NCBI RefSeq assembly: GCF_035594765.1
Contig: NC_085845.1
Location: 48,540,024-48,604,023, forward strand
Length of the DNA stretch: 64,000 bases
Direction of reading: 5' to 3'
Origin: Anolis carolinensis
Taxonomy: Eukaryota
Shown here one piece after another: positions 23,642 through 37,416 of the stretch (the stretch's first letter is position 1; every line of letters starts with the position of its first letter). Below the pieces are notes generated by a model. The model was given only the letters and a program-made list of their open reading frames with translations. It was not told the origin of the DNA and made no database searches. A program made the position numbers and the translations under genes.

Positions 23642-25934
23642 CAAACTTCCCATGACAATTTAGTTTTGAATGTAATGTGTAACTGCAGTCTCTAAACCTT
23701 TTTAATAATCCAGTACTGATTTGTTTACACAGAAAGGTGTGCTTGGAGGGCTGCCTAACAGCCATGCCAATGAACTTAAACTTCCTCTCTTTAGTGCTGA
23801 ATATGTTGGGGCAATATTCAGCTACTCATCCAAGAACTCTGCACATGCTCAGGAGCAATTTTTAAATTGTTTCAAATGTCCCAGGATTGAAGCCTAGTAT
23901 TTGAAAAACGGCGACTAGAGCTGATCCCTGGCACAAATTAATCTCTGCTCTGTTTTAACTGTGAAAAAAGTTAATTCAACAATATGCAGTACCCACCAAA
24001 TAGGGCTGTAAATTTCTCCAGGAGACGTGTATTAGAGAGTTTGAACATATGGATGCAGTTAAGGCAAAAACAGATGTTTGTTACTTTTCTTTGCAGCGCC
24101 ACTCAGAAATGAAATCAAAATTGCTTCCCCTCTATGTTTATGTCTGAAAGAACTATAAAACTGAATGAGAAGGAGGTAGAGGGGGAAGTAAAAGATAAAA
24201 TGGGAGGAAAAAAAGAATGGAATTGTGCCTTTCTTAGTACAAAAAACAAACAAACCCCAGCATGATTAAGGAATCACAAATGCAATGATCATGAATGTTA
24301 CATGTGTCCAAATTTAGCAAAATCCCTATTAAAGAAGCCACTTAAAGCTACGTATATCAACCATCACATAACTTAATTATTCATGAGTGTATCTGAGTTA
24401 AATACCTATAAAGGTTTTAGATGGTCCATAGCAACACTGCAGTTTTCTATGTAACATTATAAGTGCTGTAATGCTCTCAGTTGCAAGGAAATGAGTGCAC
24501 CAAACAAAAAAGGAAGTTCTGAAAACTCTCAAGGACAATTACTATTCAGTACATTAAAGGTTTCTCCCCCATCGTATCAGGACTCACAGGAGTTTGCCCT
24601 ACATCTTTGTTCAGTATGCAATTTGTATAAAATTGAAAGACAAATTTGGATGAAATGAAATGCTAGGCCTAAAGTAGGAGGGTGTATCCTGTCTGAGCAG
24701 GATTCAAATCTGGATCCTGTATGTGCAAGAAAAACACTGTCTATTGTACCATAATGGAACTGCTGGGAAGACAAGGGAGAGGGGCAAGTGAAACACAATG
24801 CTATTCTAAGCAAACAGATTAGCATAAGAACAAAGCGAAGGAAATGCTTAAGGTTTTCCTTGCTTTCCACCCACTCTGCTTATATTTAAATAATTGTTTC
24901 TGTTTGCTTTGAAAATAATCTGTGATTTAGCTATTCCTTTTCCTTCAGCCAGATGTTGCACACAACTGGATCACAAAACATTACGCTTCCATTCATTTGG
25001 TTCAGACGAATAACAAAGCAAGGATGTGCAGATTTCCTATCTGCAGGACCATTCACTCTCTGAGAGCGAAGGACTCATACATTTTGGGTAACAAATGGAA
25101 GTCACAGCACTTTGGTGGGAGTGTAGTCAATGCCTTCAACTAGTGATGAAAAGTATTTTTCCCTTTTTAAACAGACTAAAAAAAACCTAAAAGGAAAGAC
25201 ATGAGGTAGTGTCCTTCCATAGGACAAGCTGGCCTATATTTTCAAAATGAACCATAGAAGCCAAGTTTCTGAGTAAGTTGGCACTTGGAGTAGCAGCTTA
25301 GTTTTTCCTTTAAGAAGCTTTTCTTTAAAAGAGGAGGAGGAAGGGGGGGAGGAGGAGAAGGAAAGCCTTCAACCTTCTCATACCATCAATAAGAGGATAA
25401 ACTGATGTGTAACCCAGTTAAGACAGGAGAGGAAATTATTGATGTGGTGGCAGTGCATAACTTCCCTACTTAGGATTGCTCTTGGATGTTTAAGATTCAG
25501 ATGAACATCCAGAATTTTACAGGTCATGGTTACAAGGGGTGCAATTCTTGGCTGATTTGCCAGTTATAGCCACTCTTAGACAATGTTATAATCACTGTGA
25601 CAGGAGATCTCAAGCTGTCATTTCCCACATCACACCAATCACTCTTTCAAGAAAGGGGGGAAACCCAAATTTTATGAAGAATATTTATATGCTGTATATT
25701 TACCAATTTTCTGTCTTTATTATGTTCTGTTATTATAGTTGTCATTTCTGGTATTAGTATTGTTGTAAGTAAGCACATACCAAAATCTCAGTAATTTCAT
25801 CATTAGTTGAGAGATGTAATAATACTGTTCAGTATAAATGTTACTGCTGTGTCCAAAAGCCACACAAAACCAGCAAATTGAAAATGATATGTTAAGAAAA
25901 GTTTCAAAAGCCTTCTTATACATTCTGGAAAAGA

Positions 25935-25989
<55 letters not shown>

Positions 25990-25991
25990 AT
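25935..25991 (+). repeat. (TAAA)n microsatellite
   Basis: About 14 units. Confidence 0.97.
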
Positions 25992-26830
25992 GTATGTCTC
26001 TAAAATCCTGGAGAACATGGGTGATATAATACAAAGCTAGTCAATGCTGAATGAGAAGGGGGGGAAGAAAACCTTTTGAGTATTGGCAATCTCTTCTTAG
26101 AATTCACTCCCACGGGAAGCCCACCCGATTAGCTCTCTTCCTACCCTTAAGGCCTTTTGAGAGACTACAAATACAAAATATTAACATATGTTCAAAACAA
26201 GGCAGACACCAGTGACAAGATTCAGAGGCCATTTCTAATCCCTCTGCTTCTTGAGTAAGCTCATACATGGCCCCAGCAAATGACAACACCAAGATGTCAT
26301 TACAGAACAGTGCAAGGCAATGGTTTCCCTCAGATGACTCCAGTTTCCCTGCTTCCCATCAGGTCCCACAGAACAGCCAGAGAGAGTGTGGGAAGCAGCA
26401 GCCAACCAAATTAAAAGGCTTGTTGTTTCCTGACTGGCTGCCAGGGAAGGAGGATGACCTGAATTGAAGCACTCATCGCATGCGTTTCACTCAGATCATC
26501 CCCTGACAAATATAAGGGGACTTGGCCATGACCTACCTTTTTGATGGGTTACCATGGGTCCTGGATCCAGGAAATTAAGTTACCTATGCATCAGGCATTG
26601 GATATTATATAAAGTGGCTATTTGGGGACACAGAGAGTGCAGTGATGGAGGCGTCTAATAGTGGCCACATGTCAGAGCAACTTGCTTTGACAGGAGGCAT
26701 GTGACCACTGGGTTATGCTGCCCCCCCCATGTCATTCCATTAGTATCCAGTAGCAGACCATATAGTTGGTCTCACCAATCAACAAGTAGGTTGGTCGATG
26801 CCTGGATCCGGACCCATGTGTTGCACCAAA

Positions 26831-27172
26831 TAGTGTTCCCTCACTTATCGCATAGGTTGCGTTCCAGGACCACCCGCAATAAGTGAAAATCCGCGAAATA
26901 GGGACACTATATTGATTTCAATATTTATACATTATTTTAGTAGTTATACACTATTTTAAGTCTTTATCAACCAATCGTGTGTTGATAAATTGCCTCCTTC
27001 TCCTCCTGTTGCCACTTGGGCTCCTTTTCTCTCCCTTTGGCTTCTCCTTCCACACTTCCTTAGGCTGTAAATTGTAATTTTTTTATGATTTATAATATTC
27101 TTTTAGAGTTTATTGAAAAACCGCAAAACAGCGAATCCACAGTAAGTGAATTGTGAAGTAGTGAGGGAACAC

Positions 27173-27174
<2 letters not shown>
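26831..27174. mobile_element. Tc1/mariner-pogo (Tigger-like) MITE
   Basis: TIRs (c/t)AGTGTTCCCTCACT / AGTGAGGGAACACTG. The right end abuts a (TG)n(TA)n microsatellite. Confidence 0.8.
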
Positions 27175-27221
<47 letters not shown>

Positions 27222-27256
27222 GAGTGTCGAACAGACAGCTGCGTGTGCAACATGCC

Positions 27257-27294
<38 letters not shown>

Positions 27295-27309
27295 GGGGGG
27301 GGGAGGGAG
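27173..27309 (+). repeat. Compound (TG)n(TA)n ... (TA)n(GA)n(G)n microsatellite
   Basis: Direct reading. Confidence 0.92.
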
Positions 27310-27559
27310 AGCAGCCTCCTGTTGTCACAGCCAACACTATTTAAGAGAGTTCCTTGGCCTTGGCCCTTTGAGAAGAGGAAAGGGGACTTCAGAAGCAACT
27401 GACAGACAGTGCTGTATTCAGCTCCTACAGTTCTGGATCAAATTCAAGTCTGTTTTCCCCTCATAATAAAGCCAAATAGATAAACCTGGTAAAATATCAG
27501 GCAACACCTTAAAAGAAATGGATACAGGGAGTGAATTAAAATTAGAACTGCAATTAGAA

Positions 27560-27739
27560 GTTGCCTGTTGACTTATGGTGGGCACATTAATTTCACAGGA
27601 TTTTCTTAGGCAAAGAAATATTTGCCAATTGCTTCCTCTAACTATAGCTTATAACACCTATTATTGGTTGGTGGTCTCCCATCTGAGTACTAAGCAGGGC
27701 TGACTGCTTAGCTTCTAAAATCAGACAGGATCTGGTGCC
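27560..27739 (-). mobile_element. 5S-rRNA-derived SINE (SINE3-type)
   Basis: Minus strand GATCCTGTCTGATTTTAGAAGCTAAGCAG...TTAGTACTCAGATGGGAGACCACC matches the 5S rRNA A/IE/C box region and is followed by a non-5S body. Confidence 0.75.
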
Positions 27740-28876
27740 AAATTAGAAAAAAAAACTAGTAATAAAGGATCTTATTTCAAATAGTTAAATTATACAAGAT
27801 CATGTACGGAAACTAACAACCTTGTGCACTCCCCCCCCCCCCCAAAGCATCTAAAATGCTGCCTGGAAATTATTTGAGTGTGCGAGTGCATAGCATTACT
27901 TCATGGTGCTGCCAATTTTATTAATGCGCTCATTGAGAGGGGGGAGGCAAGTTGAAAGCAAACAACAAGTAAGACTGAAGTATAAGCTTGGATTCAACAA
28001 AACTCCGTCATACTTTAAAAATAGACTTACATGAGAAGGGAAAATGGTGCATGAAAACATACTTTTGTCCAGCTTAATTATGAGAATAGCTGTTCCATGT
28101 AATTACATTGCAGCCAATGAGTTAAAACAGAAAGGTAATTACAGTTTGCAAAAACAAGGATTTATTTCCCCCTTCAGAGGTTTGCATCTAATCTGAGCTG
28201 GTACATTCCAGGCATATTAAACTGAGGCCTAGTGTAGCTTCAATGCAATCTCAAATTCAAGCAAACTGTCCATCTACTACATTGTAATTCCAGCTGCCAA
28301 TCTGAAATAAACCAGTTAGTCAGAGCAGACACAACCTACAGAAACAAATGTCACTCAGTAATGTTCAGAGGCACTGGGTTCATGGATAATTTCAAACAGT
28401 ATATCTGTCTGGAGCATTGATGTGCTCATTGAAAACACCTAAATCTCTGGCTACTGGAAATAAGCAGATAAAGTGGAACAAGAAAAATGAGCCTGCAAAT
28501 ACTTCAAAGAGGCTAACAGAAAACAGCTAAACAATTCAAAGAAATTTAAAGGAAGAGTTGCTAGATGTAATCCATGCAAGGGTGCAAATGCTTTGGGAAA
28601 CAAACAGATATCACTGTGAGATTTGAAACCATCATACCGATGTTTTCACGGTATGATATCATCATCCAGGTTCTACTGCCACATTTCACAGCTAACAATG
28701 TTAGATAGCAGCAACAGGAAAATAACCAGTATAGAGATGCCAGGAGTTGAAGAAGACTCAAATCTCAGGGAGGCCAAAAGGGGAGCTCCACAAATTCTTG
28801 CCTTTTTCTGTAGGGAGGCCATTATGAATGCATTCTTCCTAACATTAAGCCACTTGACTTACTGGACTAACTAGAC

Positions 28877-29200
28877 CAGAGCTTTCAAGACATTTAATGT
28901 TGGGGACACATTATTAAACATGCATAATTTCACGACACAGTAAATCAGTTTTACTAGCTAACTGAAAGTTAAACCAACCCCTAATAAGAGGAAAAAAAAT
29001 GCAGACATAAATTGTAATAACGAAATGTATGGGGACACAGCACATCTCATGAAAACCTTTCATTTATATATCTATTTAAAATATAATATTTACTGTTTAT
29101 TTCACATGGAACCAGAGATTTCTCAATACATTTGCACAACTGACCTAGACACTACACTCAACACACTGACGTGTTGCAATACACAGTTTGGAAAGCCCTG
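28877..29200. mobile_element. hAT MITE, same family as 21796-22123
   Basis: Same TIRs and internal sequence; 8-bp TSD AACTAGAC / AAATAGAC. Confidence 0.85.
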
Positions 29201-30501
29201 AAATAGACCTTTGGCTTGAAGAGTCTAGTTAAATTTTATGCATAGTTATGTGCCAAAAAAATGAATCCCATTGTTCACAATACGTTGGGCTAAAGAAAGT
29301 ATCACACTTCTCTGATCTTACCTACATTAAATTATTATTGCTTAAAAGGAAACACCTGAAACTACCAGATAGAAGTGGGCAGATCAACATTAAAAATACT
29401 ACCACTACAAGAAATCAAAGTTCTTTTGTCCCTAAAGCATGCTTCCCAGGTGAAACATACTCCTATATTTTAAGTACTTACAGTTATTTCATATCCATAA
29501 CCATAACAAATAGTCCTCTGAGTATACTTATCCAAATCAAACCAATTTGTGACCAAGATGAAAGGAGTTCACATTTTTTTTAAAAAAAAATACACATATT
29601 TTCTTAAACAAATGCTGTACCTTCCTCAGTGGACCTGTTTTTCACTAAGCTTCAGAGAAAGAGATCAGAGTTCCATGCCTAGTACTGTTGACAAGCCAAA
29701 CTCCAGGTGGCCATGAAAACAATATGTTTGGTTTTGATAAGTTCTTTTTTAAAAGTCTGGCACTGTTTTATAGTATTTTAAATGCAGGTTTTCAATTAAA
29801 CCTAGACTAATCCTTAACATTTATTTAGCTTTTCACACACAGTTCCTGTGCTGTGCTGTGTCAAGCAAACCATCTGGGCAACACACTTCTGGCCAGTGAT
29901 TCTTCCAATATAATTTGTTTCTAAATTCAGAATTTTGTGTAAATGCATTCTTCTCTCTATTTTATTCACAATTCAAAACTATTCTCATTTTTCTGTAGCA
30001 CCACTTCATTCCTAAGGTATGTAGCAAACACTGTACTGGGCTGATAACTTTGAAGTATTAATAATTTAGACCACACGATAGAGATCGTGTTTAGATTTTC
30101 TGAATGATTCACTGACCCGACTTTATCTGATTTAGAGCTGAAATACCTTGCTCCCATTCTCTTTTTGATAGAACAGTATATCTACTTACACTGCCATTAA
30201 ATTAGGGTGGTATAAACTAAGCATTGCTGAGGCTGGTAAAAAGCGAAAAGGGCATGAAGTTTGTTTACTATTCAGCAAAAACTTGTGTAGGGCCTATCCA
30301 CAAATCTTGTGAAGCTTGAGTAACTTCATGTTTGTACTATTTTATTTAAACAATGATATGCACTTAATAAAAGTATATTTAAACTATGTATTTTTATGCA
30401 AATAGATTGTTTCTGATGGCTACAATTAATGATATGATTTCAAAATCTTAAGCCAATATTATCCAGCATCCACATATTTCTGACACCATAAGAGGGTCTC
30501 A

Positions 30502-30650
30502 GACTGGATCTCCAGTGCCATATAATGCAGTTTCAGTATGCAGACTACTGCATTGAACTGGATTATATAGCAGTGTAGACTCATATAATCCAGTTCGATG
30601 CCGTTAATCTGCATTCCGAAACTGCATTATATAGCAGTGGAGATCCAGCA
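30502..30650. mobile_element. Near-fully palindromic MITE, PIF/Harbinger-like
   Basis: Arms ctggatctcca.tgc.atataatgcagtttc / gaaactgcattatatagcagtggagatccag and a 3-bp TSD TCA (30499-30501, 30651-30653). Confidence 0.8.
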
Positions 30651-33426
30651 TCAGTGAAGTTTCTAAGATCTATAAATCACATGCATGCATGCACAACAGC
30701 ATGAAACAACTCACTGTGAAAACAATAGGTATCTTATCTTTTTCCAAAATAGAATATACCACCTTAAAAAAGTCAGATAAACTTCTGTCAGACAATTTAT
30801 CGGAATAGAAAGTACTGTTCTGACAAATTCTGATTGTTACTTGGGTTTTTGTTTGTGTTGTTTTTCCAGTGATGTCCGATTAAGGATAAAAATCTTTTTT
30901 GTTCCTCACTCTTGTAAGCAGGAATAAATAATTCCTCTTCCTTGCTAATTCTTGTGTGATGTTTTGAGTTATCTGCACAGCAGAAAGGGATGGGATGCAG
31001 ATCTGGGCTGTGTTTCTCTCTGGACCTTCCACTGGTTTGCCTTGTGTTTTGGGGGCCATCAATCAAATTCTGGATGCAAAAATTCTTGCTGTCAAATACA
31101 GCCCCTTCTTCTCTAATGATGTGCTCTTTCCCTATATCACCTTCCTCTGCTCAGTGAGGCCCATCCATCTCCAAGAGACTTCCATGCCTCTCAGGATGTT
31201 GGTCTCTAAGGGTGTTCTCCCTTGTGAAGCAGTTTGCACATGCAAAGGTGGCCATAAGCATCACACTTGTAGGTGGTAAGTAGGTAAGAAGGCCTCTCTG
31301 GAGCATTTCCTGGAAGACTGTTGCCCTGTCGTCTATCCTCCCTTCTCTGAAAAGCCAAAGCTGTTTGTGATGAGCAATAATGTGTGGTCTTTGCTGCGCT
31401 GAGATGTTTTACATTTTATACACACACACACACACATACACACGTACACATACATTTTGTATCAGTCTGAGACTGGTGATAATTATTAAAAAGTGAAAGA
31501 TCAATAAAAGGGTGTATTCCCCCCCCCCCACTCCAGAAATGCAGTACATGTGGTTTTACTGTGGAAATATATTCTGCACAGAATACACTTTGCATCTGTG
31601 AAAGATATAATTGTTAGCAACCCATTCAATAATTACCACGTTCTAAGTCTGAAATTAATTTGTACAGGTCACTGCATATACCATGATCAAAAGTCTCCCC
31701 GCAAACCTGCAACATTCTTAATCTCTGACAAAGAGAAGTTCATAATTTCACAATAAAATCTGTCATGTTTTTTAAAATTTGCGCAAACATTTTCCTAGTG
31801 GTTTTTGTTTACAATTGAAATAAAGGAACTGACAATTTGCTTTAAGCCACTACACACAAATCCAATGAGATGTATCACACCTTACATATCTTGTTCTTGA
31901 TATTTCCAGCAATATGTTATGTTTAAAATCTATTGGTGTCATATTCCCTAGTGTCACATAATTGTAAAGTTTAAAAATGCCAGGAGACCTCAAACTTCTC
32001 CAAAGAAACCAAGCTACTTTTCTGTATTAATAGTGCATGTCTGAATTTTGACCATGCTGCTTTTCCTGACTGATAGCTCTGAAAGAAGGATGGAGCAGAT
32101 TGTGGGGAGCTTATTTTCTCGGAGAAAAATGGTGGTCAAATGAAGCTGCTCTGAATTTTGGAATGTTAGAATAAGTCCTTGAAGAGATGGATTAACAGAC
32201 CGAGAGATGATGAGGCTGTCAGAGGATGCATGACAAATTCATTTATCACATGGACCAGCAATTTATCACATGCATATCAGAATGATTACACAGAGATATG
32301 CACATGACCTGATTTCATATTACTTTTACCTTCACATGGCGAAAAGCAGAATAATTCAACCACGGTTGATGGTGGCGTCAAATCTTTTGAGCTTCCTTCA
32401 AGATATATATAATATATCAGAATAAATCAGTCACAATTTTAAAATATACACACATTTTCCACTGTAGCAATGGAATATGATGGTGAAGGATGTAGTCACA
32501 TCCTACCTTTTACATGTCAGTGGTCAGGATATTATTATGAACTTCTCACATTACAACACTGGAAAAAATTGAAAATCTCCACAGAAGCTCATTCAGAAAA
32601 GCAATTTCTTACAAAACTTTTGAATCTAGAAGCTAATGCCTTTATACATTTACATAAAGTTGCACATGCCAAGTACTGAGTAAGTCTATCTGGACTTTTC
32701 AACACATTATCTCTAAAAATATACTCATCTGAAACCTTATTTCAAAATTGCTTGCTCTTTGCATATATTTTAAACAGAGTTTTGATACACTGAATGTGTA
32801 TTTTACACTTTAATATACAAATGTATTCACTACTACAAAAGAAAACCATAAAGAAAATGAGTTAATTCTAGACATTTCAATTTTAACAAAATAATAAAAA
32901 AATTAGCTCCAGCTGTGATGCTAACTTTTGACTAGATTTTATAGTATTGCCAATCCTAGCAGTTTTTTAACTCTAAAAAAAGGAGCAGAAAATAATGCAC
33001 AAGTAACAGGCTATATGACATTTAAATAGCAGATACAAGGAGTTACTTTTCAAACACTGTAAAGAGTAACAAAATTAGTTACTTTTTACTTTTAAAACTC
33101 ATTTTCCAAACTAGGGGAGATGCATATTGGTTGAGGTGAGGCATCTTGTGACTTCAAATCTTGGTCTTTGTGATAAGGGGGGATTTAATGCTAAGAGGTC
33201 AAGGAAGGAAGGATTGAGTATGCTGTTATATAATTAAAGTTTATGGGATGCAGTCACATTTCCTCGGGAAAAGAATCTGATATAGATTTAGGCACCGTAA
33301 TAGCACTTTAATGGAAGGTTTAGATTTTGTCCTTCCTGTTTGTTGATGTAGAATTTTGTCATGATTTAAAAAATTAATTCTTTATTTTAGCTATGAGAGT
33401 CTCTCTTATCTCAAATATTAAAATTG

Positions 33427-33538
33427 CAGGTGTTTTTGGCCTTCAACTCCCAGAAACCCTAACAGCTAGTAAACTGCCTGGGATTTCTGGGAGTTGTAGG
33501 CCAAAAACATCTGGGGACCCCAGACTGAGAACCGCTGC
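33427..33538. mobile_element. Partial hAT MITE with internal palindrome
   Basis: tgtttttggccttcaactcccagaaa is mirrored by tttctgggagttgtaggccaaaaaca. Ends gagaaccgctg followed by ctctagg. Confidence 0.7.
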
Positions 33539-33974
33539 TCTAGGTAATGCTGGGCAGCACAACTCTTGCTATGGCCTCTTCCTTTTAGGTGGGAATAGAT
33601 CTGGTTTTCTCTTTACAGCTGGGTATCTCTTCTATTATTGCTTTATCACGTCCTAGGTTCATTTATATGTTGTGTCCCCCCCCCCCAAACTAGGATTTGT
33701 TCCTATCAGAGTTCTTTTGAAATGATGCTGCTACAATTGTATGGACTTTACTGCACTATCTTTTTCCTTTTTTCATTCTCCATCCTAGTACATTTCGCAG
33801 AGGTAGATCACTTGGTTATAACTGTAAGTTCTAAGGAATCCACCTGAATGTTGTGTCAGATGCAATTATCACTGTTGGTGGAGTCTTCCTCCAAATATCC
33901 TCCTCACCCAACCTGTTTCTTTGCCTTTTTTATATCTTTTTCCCTTGTGTATGTGTCTTCAAGTAATTCCCAAC

Positions 33975-34518
33975 TTATGGAGATCCTATTGCAATTATAT
34001 CATCAGGCTTTCTTAGCAAATTTGTTCAGAGAGGGTTTGCATTCCCTTCTTTTGATGTTGAAAAACAATGATTGCCCAAGAGTGCCCAGTGGGCAAAGGC
34101 GGTTCAACCACTAGGTCAACTAGGCAGTTGCCTTTGGCGCCATCTTGTTGGGGGCGCCATCGAGGCAACTCCAGTCTCCTGCAGCCTGCCTCCGCAATGT
34201 ATTGAACTGCTTTTTCTGTTGATTTGTTGTAAAACATGATGTTTTAGTGCTTAATTTGTAAAATCTTAATGTAATTTGATGTTTAATAGGCTTTTCCTTA
34301 ATCCCTCCTTATTATCAAACATTTTCGCTTATCCAATGCTTTTATTTTTCAGTAATTGGTCTGGGGGGGGGGGGGTGCCAAAATTCTGTTCGCCTACACT
34401 TGAAAAATACCTAGGGCCGGCTCTGCCAGTGGGTTTCCATGGCCAAGAAAGGATTTGAACCCTGGATTTGCAGAGGACTCTCCCAGAGTCTAACACTCAA
34501 ACTATAATATTATGCTGG
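33975..34518 (-). mobile_element. Degenerate tRNA-derived SINE split by a hAT MITE (boundaries approximate)
   Basis: Minus-strand head gccagcataatattatagtttgagtgttagac with a B-box-like ggttcaaatcc. The body is continuous across the MITE TSD. Confidence 0.55.
34094..34425. mobile_element. hAT MITE
   Basis: Perfect 8-bp TSD CCAGTGGG (34086-34093, 34426-34433). Near-identical to 36245-36534 over the right ~220 bp. Confidence 0.88.
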
Positions 34519-35933
34519 CGGCCCCCACCACCCTTTGCAAAACTGTTTTTGGCATTCATAAAGACAAATAACTGAACCATTAGTCTTCAAATCCTAACTC
34601 AATACATGCCATTCTAGAACACATACTTTCAGCTGTTTCTGTTTCAAGAATACCCACATATACTGACATTGCCTACAAATACACAAACCTTTCATGATTA
34701 TGAAACAATAATGTCTTCTTTGTCATCTGTATAGTCAAAGATGTTTGAAAATCGAAAAATGAAAAGTACCACTCTGATGGTGCATATCTAAACAAGTGTG
34801 ACAGGTAAAGCAAATACGCATGGAACTACTTGCTAGATGTATTTGTAATGTAATGAAGAAGACTTTAATCTTGTTCTTTTCATAATACCCATCATTCTAT
34901 TTGTCCTTTCCCCCTGCTCTTGAGCTGTACTGCAAAATACGGGGGAAACTTAAATCCAAGAGAATAAATGCTCTTATAAGGGTAGGTGCAAGCAGCATAG
35001 ATTGTAGAGGACCAACAGAAGGATGACATCTCTATTTAACTTATATCTTTTTTCCTCTTCTTTTCCACTAATGAACACTTGTCTGTGGCCAAAGCACAAG
35101 TGAGCTTGCCTCTCACTTTTATTGGTAATACAGCTGTTTTGGAACAATTAAAAACTACATAAAAGTTTAATGTGCTCAGGCTGTTATGCTGATTACATAA
35201 TGGAAATAGTAAAGTAGGTAATAAAATCTCTTTATTCAGAAATTACACTGATGCTAGTCTGCCACGTGTGTTAAATATCTGGGAAATTATCATAGAAAAA
35301 AATAATTTTGGTTGTGGGCTTTTTAAGTATTCAAGACTTCTTTGTGAAAAAGACAAAGGTAGCATTCTGTTTTTTATAATGAAAACATTCAGGCATATTC
35401 ACAATCTTTACATCTTTGTTATCTAACAGCCTAAGTAGGCATTGTAAGAGGTATGCTCTCAACCCATATCTATCCACATATCTACCCAACAAAAACATGT
35501 AAAATAAACCCATGATAAGATATCAATACATTTAACATTCCCCTACTTGTTTCCAATTACCTGCTGCTTGAAAGGGGTGGGAAACATATGGCGTGATGAC
35601 CTAATGTATATTTTTTTAAAAACGCTTGACATTATCAAGGGCATGTGAATCAGCAGCAGCGACATAGTTCTGAAATGTCTAATTATGTAGAAGATATGCA
35701 TACCTTATTGAAGGCATATCTCAAATTGTGCCATAGGAAAACAACATGGCAGCATAAACAAATCTTAAAATGAATTACTTCTTAGTTTGTTTTTGCTTGT
35801 AAAAACTGCAGACAAAACCATGGTTCCTAGCACTAGATTTCAAGACAAAAAGTTGTACAGCATCAAAGGTTATATCTATACTGTAAAATGAATGCAGTTT
35901 CATACTACTTTAACTGCCATGGTTCAGTGCTAT

Positions 35934-36215
35934 TTATTTATTGTATCAGAAGCAATTTGAGAATACAGTTATAATGTACAGAAAAACCACAAGCAAAGTT
36001 AAAAACTTGGCATTATATTAAATTTACTTTGACCGGAAGCTGGCCACTTCGAGTGCCTCTGGTGTCGCTATAAGAAGATCCTCCATTGTGCGTGTGGCAG
36101 GGCTAAGACTACATTGTAGTAGGTGGTCTGTGGTTTGTTCTTCTCCACACTAGCATGTTGTGGACTCAACTTTGTAGCCCCATTTCTTAAGGTTAGCTTG
36201 CATCTCGTTGTGCCA
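35934..36215 (-). mobile_element. Vingi-like LINE 3' fragment
   Basis: Minus strand translates ...NLKKWGYKVESTTC*CGEEQTTDHLLQCSLSPATRTMEDLLIATPEALEVA, the CxC...H...C C-terminus of Ingi/Vingi elements. Has a (TAAA)n tail and an imperfect ~16-bp TSD ccatg(g)ytcagtgctat. Confidence 0.8.
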
Positions 36216-36244
36216 CCATGCTCAGTGCTATGGAATCATGGAAG

Positions 36245-36534
36245 CAGAGCTGGTCCAACAATGAGGTGAATTAAGCGGTCGCTTCGGGCGCAAAACATAC
36301 GGGGGCGCAGTCGAGACTGCTTTTTCTGTTGATTTGTTGTAAAACATGATGTTTTGGTGCTTAATTTGTAAAATCTTAATGTAATTTGATGTTTAATAGG
36401 CTTTTCCTTAATCCCTCCTTATTATCCAACATTTTCGCTTATCCAATGCTTTTATTTTTCAGTGATTGGTTTGTGGGGGGGGGGCGCCAAAATTCTGTTC
36501 GCCTACACTTGAAAAATACCTAGGGCCAGCTCTG
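36245..36534. mobile_element. hAT MITE
   Basis: TIRs CAGAGCTGGTCC / GGGCCAGCTCTG and a perfect 8-bp TSD CATGGAAG (36237-36244, 36535-36542). Confidence 0.9.
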
Positions 36535-37335
36535 CATGGAAGTTACAGTTTTATAAAGTCTTTAGACTGGTGCCTCACAAAACTACAACTTCCATGGTTC
36601 CATCTAACTGAGCCATGGCAGTTAAAGAGGTGTCAATCGGCATTCATTCTACAATGTAGATGCTCTTTGAGATTCAGAGCTCAAACAATGAGAAGCATAA
36701 GCATGAGTCACTGAAAATACAAAATATTTTATTCTGCACTGCTACACTGTCCTGCTTCAGAATAAGTGGTTAAAATGTGTCATGTGTTAATAATAGGGCA
36801 TAAAGTGGTCTGTGACTGGGTATTCTGAAGGAAGCAATGAGTAAAACCATAGCCCAGAAACATGTAACAGCCACCACTTTCAAAATAGTTAAAATACATT
36901 TTGATGTTCTTCCATTAGTAAAATGGTTTGTTCCACACTGAAGTTAATACGCACCTGATATTACAGACTGTATAAATAGCCTTGTACTGATAAACTTCTG
37001 ATTATTTAAAATTGTGACAAGCTGTTTGTTAGATGTTCACAAACACATATGAAAAAAAGCAACGAAGTATTTTAATAATCCGAAAGAAAACTGCACCAAT
37101 CATGAAACACTGTAGACTGTTCCCTGAAAATCTACGATGTGAAATTTGGCAGGGGCTCTGAAAACTACTTAATAAGAACCCTTTTTACAGATGGCTCTTA
37201 TGTTCACCCTAAGTATAACCATTCACTAAGCTACTTCATAATTTTATCTGTAATGGTTTATAAACAAAAGACACAATCAGAATTCTTGTTCAAATACCAA
37301 ATCATTTTTTTTTACAAAGCATTCCATAAAATAAA

Positions 37336-37336
37336 A

Positions 37337-37367
<31 letters not shown>

Positions 37368-37416
37368 GAAGGAAGGAAGGAAGGAAGGAAGGAAGGAAGG
37401 AAGGTAGGTAGGTAGG
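37336..37416 (+). repeat. (AAAG)n(GGAA)n(GGTA)n compound microsatellite
   Basis: Direct reading. Confidence 0.95.

Larger units (their letters stand above)
35872..36663. mobile_element. Long-TIR MITE hosting two nested insertions
   Basis: Left arm ...aatgcagtttcatactactttaactgccatgg and right arm ccatggcagttaaagaggtgtcaa...tctacaatgtagatgc, as in 22905-23120. Confidence 0.75.

Noticed and set aside
27660-27739. 5S rRNA gene
   Set aside because: Partial, diverged and fused to a SINE body seen elsewhere in the window.
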